The notes under the pieces are model-generated. The model ran no database searches. It was not told the origin of the DNA and was given only the letters and a program-made list of their open reading frames with translations. Positions 58,994 through 64,000 of a DNA stretch of 64,000 bases are shown piece by piece; within the stretch, counting starts at the first letter, position 1; each line of letters opens with the position of its first letter. Made by a program: the position numbers and the translations under genes. The stretch comes from Selaginella moellendorffii. Its lineage: Eukaryota; Plantae; Lycopodiophyta. The stretch lies in the NCBI RefSeq assembly GCF_000143415.4, contig NW_003314272.1, positions 1,868,374-1,932,373 of the forward strand. The letters run 5' to 3'.

Positions 58994-61769
58994 ATGGATT
59001 CTTGCGCTGCGCGATCGAGCAATGTGGCAGTAGGGGGTTTGAGCCCGCTGAGCCACGCGCTGTGGAAGACGATCCCTGGCGGCGGCGGCGGCGATGGTGG
59101 GATTGTGCCGGAGGCGATGGATGTGTCGGCGAGGCTGGCGTGGAGGGATTTGTTTGTGACGGCAAGTAATGCCCGGGGCGAGGTCCAGGTGCTGCTCCAC
59201 CGCCTCTCTGGCTATGCCGAGCCGGGGAATATCACCGCGATCATGGGACCGTCGGGATCGGGCAAGTCGACGCTCCTCGATACTCTTGCTGGTAAGTTCT
59301 TCCAAAAAAAATGGGAGGATCTTATTTGATTTTTTCTCTTGCGATCGATCGACAGGCAGACTCGCTAAGAACACCACTCTCACGGGAGAGATCTTTCTCA
59401 ATGGTCGAAAGAAGCAGCTCTCTTATGGAGTAGCGGTATGGTGGTGGAAGAACACTTTCTTGTTCTTCCAAAAGAAAACTTACTACGATTACTAAGAGTT
59501 TTCTTTTTCCTCTCTCTTAGGCGTATGTTACACAAGATGATACTCTCATTGGAACGCTCACGGTGCGAGAAACCATCGCCTTCTCGGCAAACCTGCGGCT
59601 TCCCGATCGAATGCCGGCGAGCAAGAAGAGGGCGATCGTGGAGAGCACCATTGTGGAGATGGGGCTCCAGGAATCGGCCGACACGGCGATTGGGAACTGG
59701 CACTTGAGGGGACTGAGCGGCGGAGAGAAGCGAAGGGTGAGCATCGCGCTGGAGATCCTTACTCGCCCTCGCCTGCTCTTTCTGGACGAGCCAACCAGTG
59801 GATTGGACAGGTAAGTTCATGTCAACAGTTCAACTTCTCTCGATTGTTAAGATTTATCAATCACTATGATCTTTTCTTGAACTTTGTGCAGTGCTTCAGC
59901 GTTTTTCGTGACGCAAACTCTCAAGAATCTGGCACGAGATGGCCGGACGGTGATTGCTTCCATTCACCAGCCCAGCAGCGAAGTCTTCGAGCTCTTCGAC
60001 AATCTGTGCTTGCTCTCTCAGGGAAAATTGATCTACTTTGGCAATGGATATGGAGCTCGAGAGGTGGACTTACACAGTTCTTTTTTCTGGAAAGCTGACC
60101 GCTGACCTCATTTTTTGTTCTTATCTCAGTTCTTCGCAGATGCCGGTTTTCCTTGTCCAGAGCTCCGGAATCCATCCGACCACTACTTGCGGGCCGTGAA
60201 CGCTGACTTTGACAGGGTCCAGGCAACTCTCAGAGGAGCACTCAAACTCAAGGTTTATCACTTATCGACCAAAGCTCTCACCAAAACTTATGATTCCAAT
60301 CTTTCCAGGATCTAGAGTACGCTGATCCTCTCGACAGGGTCTCCACGAGCAAAGTCATTGCCATCCTCGTCGAGGCCTTCCAATCGTCTGGGTACGCGAT
60401 GATGATGGCGGCCAAAGTCCACGAGGTGTCCCAAACTGTAAGCAACACCAGGAAAAGATAAATGCCTGTTTTTGTCAACGCTCGTGTTTTCTCGATCAAG
60501 TGCTAACCTTTTCGCTGTCTTCGCTTCCAGAAAGGCGTGGTTCTCCAGTCGACAGGAAGTCACGCCAGCTTCTTCATGCAGGCTGCGACGCTGACCCTGC
60601 GATCTTTCAAAAACATGACGCGCGACATGGGATACTATTGGCTTCGTCTCGCCATTTACGTCATCCTCAACATCGGAATTGGTACACTCTACTTTAGAAT
60701 CGGCACTGACTACGGCTCCATCTCAGTAAGTCTCCAACATAAGTTTTTCATCTTTCAACTTATGAACTCCTGGAAACCTTTTTGTTTTGCTAGGCAAGAG
60801 CCGCTTGCATGTCTTACGTTGGTGGATTCCTCACTTTCATGTCCATCGGAGGGTTTCCATCGTTCGTGGAAGACATCAAAGTAAGGAAGCGTTAAGCTTT
60901 TAACACTGATAGTTTCTTCTTCTCCAGGTGTTTAGCAGGGAGCGCTTGAATGGACACTACGGCGTGGCGGCGTTTATCATCGGCAACACGCTCTCTTCGT
61001 TACCATTCCTACTCCTCATCGCGCTTGTCTCCGGCGGCATAAGTTACAACATGGTCAAGCTCCACCCTGGAGTCGATCACTTTTTCTACTTCGTGCTCAA
61101 CCTCTTCGCCTCGGTTGCGGCGGTGGAGTCCCTCATGATGACTGTGGCGAGCCTGGTCCCAAACTTTCTCATGGGAATTATCACCGGAGCCGGAATCCAG
61201 GTACTCATCCATAAATATGTTTCGTTTACGTGCTCAAACGCCCGCTGGAATTTACAGGGAGTGTTCTTGCTCGTTGCCGGATTCTTCAGGCTCCCGGATG
61301 ACCTCCCCAAGTTTTTCTGGAAGTATCCTATGTCGTACATTGGCTTCCACATGTATTCGCTCCAGGTGGGAAGGTTTTCTGCGAAGATCGCTACTTTTTA
61401 ACTCCGTTTCTCTCCATCCAGGGAATGTACGAGAACGACTTCCGGGGCCTGGAATTCGGGAACAAGGTTCCCGGCCTGCCAACGATTCCAGGGGAGTTTG
61501 TGCTCGAGGACGTGTACCAGATCAACATGGCGAGGTCCAAGTGGTGGAACCTCGGCATCATCTTCCTGATGATCCTCGCCTACAGGCTGCTCTTCTTCCT
61601 TGTGATCAAGTTCGCGGAGAATGTCCGGCCTGGGCTGAGCAGGGTCATCGCCAAGAGCAAGGCGAACCTCCTGCTTCGAAACAACTCGGCTCTACAGACC
61701 GCCATCAGGCCAGTCACGCATTCTCCACCTCCAAAGGAGTTGAAAGTTGCTCCAGCTTACACACCCTGA
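58994..61769 (+). CDS. Half-size ABCG (WBC) transporter, ABCG11-like
   Basis: [11 protein letters not shown]; SARLAW.DL; [12 protein letters not shown]; [14 protein letters not shown]; [10 protein letters not shown]; RDMGYYWLR; RERLNGHYG. Confidence 0.93.
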
Positions 61770-62082
61770 GCAACAAACTTATAAACAAAATCCACAGTGT
61801 AAAGTCTCTTACCCCGCAAATCTTTTGCTTTTGTTTTTCTTAGCTGCGCGGGTTTGACAGTGTTCTAACCCTGTCAAGCTATCCAACAGAATAAAACAAG
61901 GACAAAGAATAAAACCATGACAACTTTGCGACGTAAGGATTTGACCTCTTTGGAAAGTTGGGAATGCCAAAATGCGAAAAAAAAACCGACCTCTGGTCCT
62001 GGTTCTCAATCGCTCTGGCACAAAAAAATCGCACATCAAATCATCTACTTGGTGGTCCTCCGCAATCGGAGCAACACGTCGG

Positions 62083-63615
62083 CTACTTCAAATCTCCAAA
62101 GTCCAAACTATCCAGTAGCTTGTCATCCTCTGAAAAGACGCAATTTGCTGCACAGGCAAACGAGTTTAGGAACGAAAGAGAAAAAGGCTGGAGCTCACCG
62201 ATATCGTGCTTGTCGGGAGATTGCAAATATGACTCAGTCTCGGGGCTCATGAACGGGGAAGAGTAGCCTCCAAGCGCTCCTAGATCTGGATCAACAGCGC
62301 ACCTCAAAACCGAGGAGAAAAGAAACATATCTACGTACCAGAACTCGCTCCCAGCTCCGCGGCGAGATCCGACAAGCTAAAGTTCCTCGGAAGATGGCCA
62401 AGTGTTCCAAGCGACTCCCTTGAGTTGTGGCCATCTTCTTCTCCACCGTCAAACGACACAATCCCATTCTGAGAGTTGTGCTCGTGAGAGTGAGGCTCAT
62501 GCGACACAAACGGCGTGTCCAAAACCATCCCGGACATATCAGTAATGCCTCCAAACGGGAAGTTTGCGCCGTTGGCACCTCCCGAACCGGGAATATCGCC
62601 TGTTTGCATGATTGAATCCATTGCACTGCAAGAAAGAAACGTATCAAACGACCTGCTAGGATTCTTAAACCCGAAAGCTACCTGGATCCTGGACTCTCGT
62701 GAAAGTTCTCAGCTAGTGGATTGCCACCGGTTACTATAGGCATTGGTGGAGCGGGCATATCACCAGTCAGTGGAGGAACTGGATAGCCCATCGGCACCTG
62801 TCCCACTTCATGTTTGCAACGTAAGTATACGTCAGTGACCAGCTTGAATTCAACCCGGAGGCTTACTTGCGTGGTGCATGCCATTGCTGGGATGCGGCAT
62901 TGGAACTTTTGTTGGAATAATTCGCATCTTTTGCATCAGATGGACCTGCTGCTCGAGCAAATGATTGAAAGTCATGATGTGCTTTTTCAGCTTGAGCCTG
63001 GCGTAGTAAGCCTTGAAAAAATCTGGATTTTGTTCTTCTAGCTTTTGCCAAACTGAAACAGTTATAGAGCGCGTGATTTTCGGCAGGAAATGAATAAAGC
63101 ATTGACGTACCGAGGCTTGTAAAACCAGGCTCGATCTTTGCTTGGTTCAAGAGAGTGTTGATAACCTCGGTTTGATTCATGTACAGCTGAAGGCACCTTT
63201 CAATGAGGTTTTGTACCTGAAAGTTCCATCAGAACCATTACACGGGCAAAAGTGATCGTCCCTACCAATTGTATGTCTTCGCATGAGATTTTTCTTCCCT
63301 CGGTACTTTGGTTTGCAGCAGAAGAAGGTGAGCTCTCAGTTCCAGCTGGAGCATTCGCCTGCTGAGTTTGCTGCGAGGCTTCCTGCGGTACTTGCTGCTG
63401 CTGCTGCTGCTGCTGTGCAGGCGATGGAGACTACACCAATCAAAATTCACGAATATCAGAATGGAATTCGTCCGCTTTGCTGAATCCGATCAATGAAAAG
63501 GCCGAAGCAGCTCGAGGAAATCAGAAAGAAGCAGTACCTGAGACGGCGCTGGCACTTGTGAGGAAGAAGAAGGAGAAGGAAGCGGCTTTGCTGTTTGCGA
63601 AGCCTGCTGCGGCAT
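62083..63615 (-). CDS. Plant TIGR01589 (A_thal_3526) family protein, multi-exon
   Basis: VQNLIERCLQLYMNQ.EV...L..QAKIEPGFT.L|VWQKLEEQN.DFFKAYY.RL.LK; LG.LPRNFSLSDL. Confidence 0.88.
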
Positions 63616-64000
63616 GGATATCACGAGACAAACTCTAGCCCCTACTTCCTGTAGAATCTACATTCTAGACACCCCCCTGCTCAAATCTCCAGTCCGAGAG
63701 GAAACTGGAGAGAAAAAAACAATCCGGGAGCCTCCAGATCCACGAGCCTAGAATTCTATCCTATGCCATCCGGCCCACTATATGTACTCTAGCCTACAAT
63801 GTACTAACCTCCGTAATTCTCGAGCTGAGTCTGGACACCACTGGAATGCCCACTACTCATCATCTAAGTTCCGTAATGCTCCTGGACACAGCAAAAAGGA
63901 AAAGTCCGAGTTAAACACATCGCAAGTAAGCATGAGGTCGATAGAAACAAGAAAACAAAGCTCTTCTTTTTTTTCAAACGAGAAGAAGTTCGCTAAAATC

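Overview
Eukaryotic land-plant nuclear DNA, very gene-dense, with ~50-65 nt introns and runs of short 31-aa PPR motifs. These traits fit a lycophyte such as Selaginella (inference). The window holds about 19 protein genes: the dsRBD tail of a probable DExH helicase, a DYRK-type kinase, a plant unknown protein with a FYVE-like Zn finger, three PLS-class PPRs, RIT1, a nucleoredoxin-like gene lacking CxxC motifs, VPS37, SerRS, bL25, GDU, a CBM20 protein, kinesin-10, a CYP71-clan P450, a long unknown coiled-coil protein, RNase HII, an IDM1-like PHD/GNAT protein, an ABCG11-like transporter and a TIGR01589-family protein. It also has a MIR319 hairpin with a G-box/TATA promoter, a tRNA-Phe and one assembly gap. 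The 11-34 kb interval is a high-turnover zone. It contains three relics of Crinkler-type nuclease+kinase genes, a hAT-like relic, a transition-eroded Ty3/gypsy relic and several deletion-riddled copies of neighbouring genes. The most unusual signal is a repeated junction in which a gene's stop codon lies inside a telo-box and the next same-strand gene starts 21-25 nt later. All identifications are by eye from motifs; no database searches were run.
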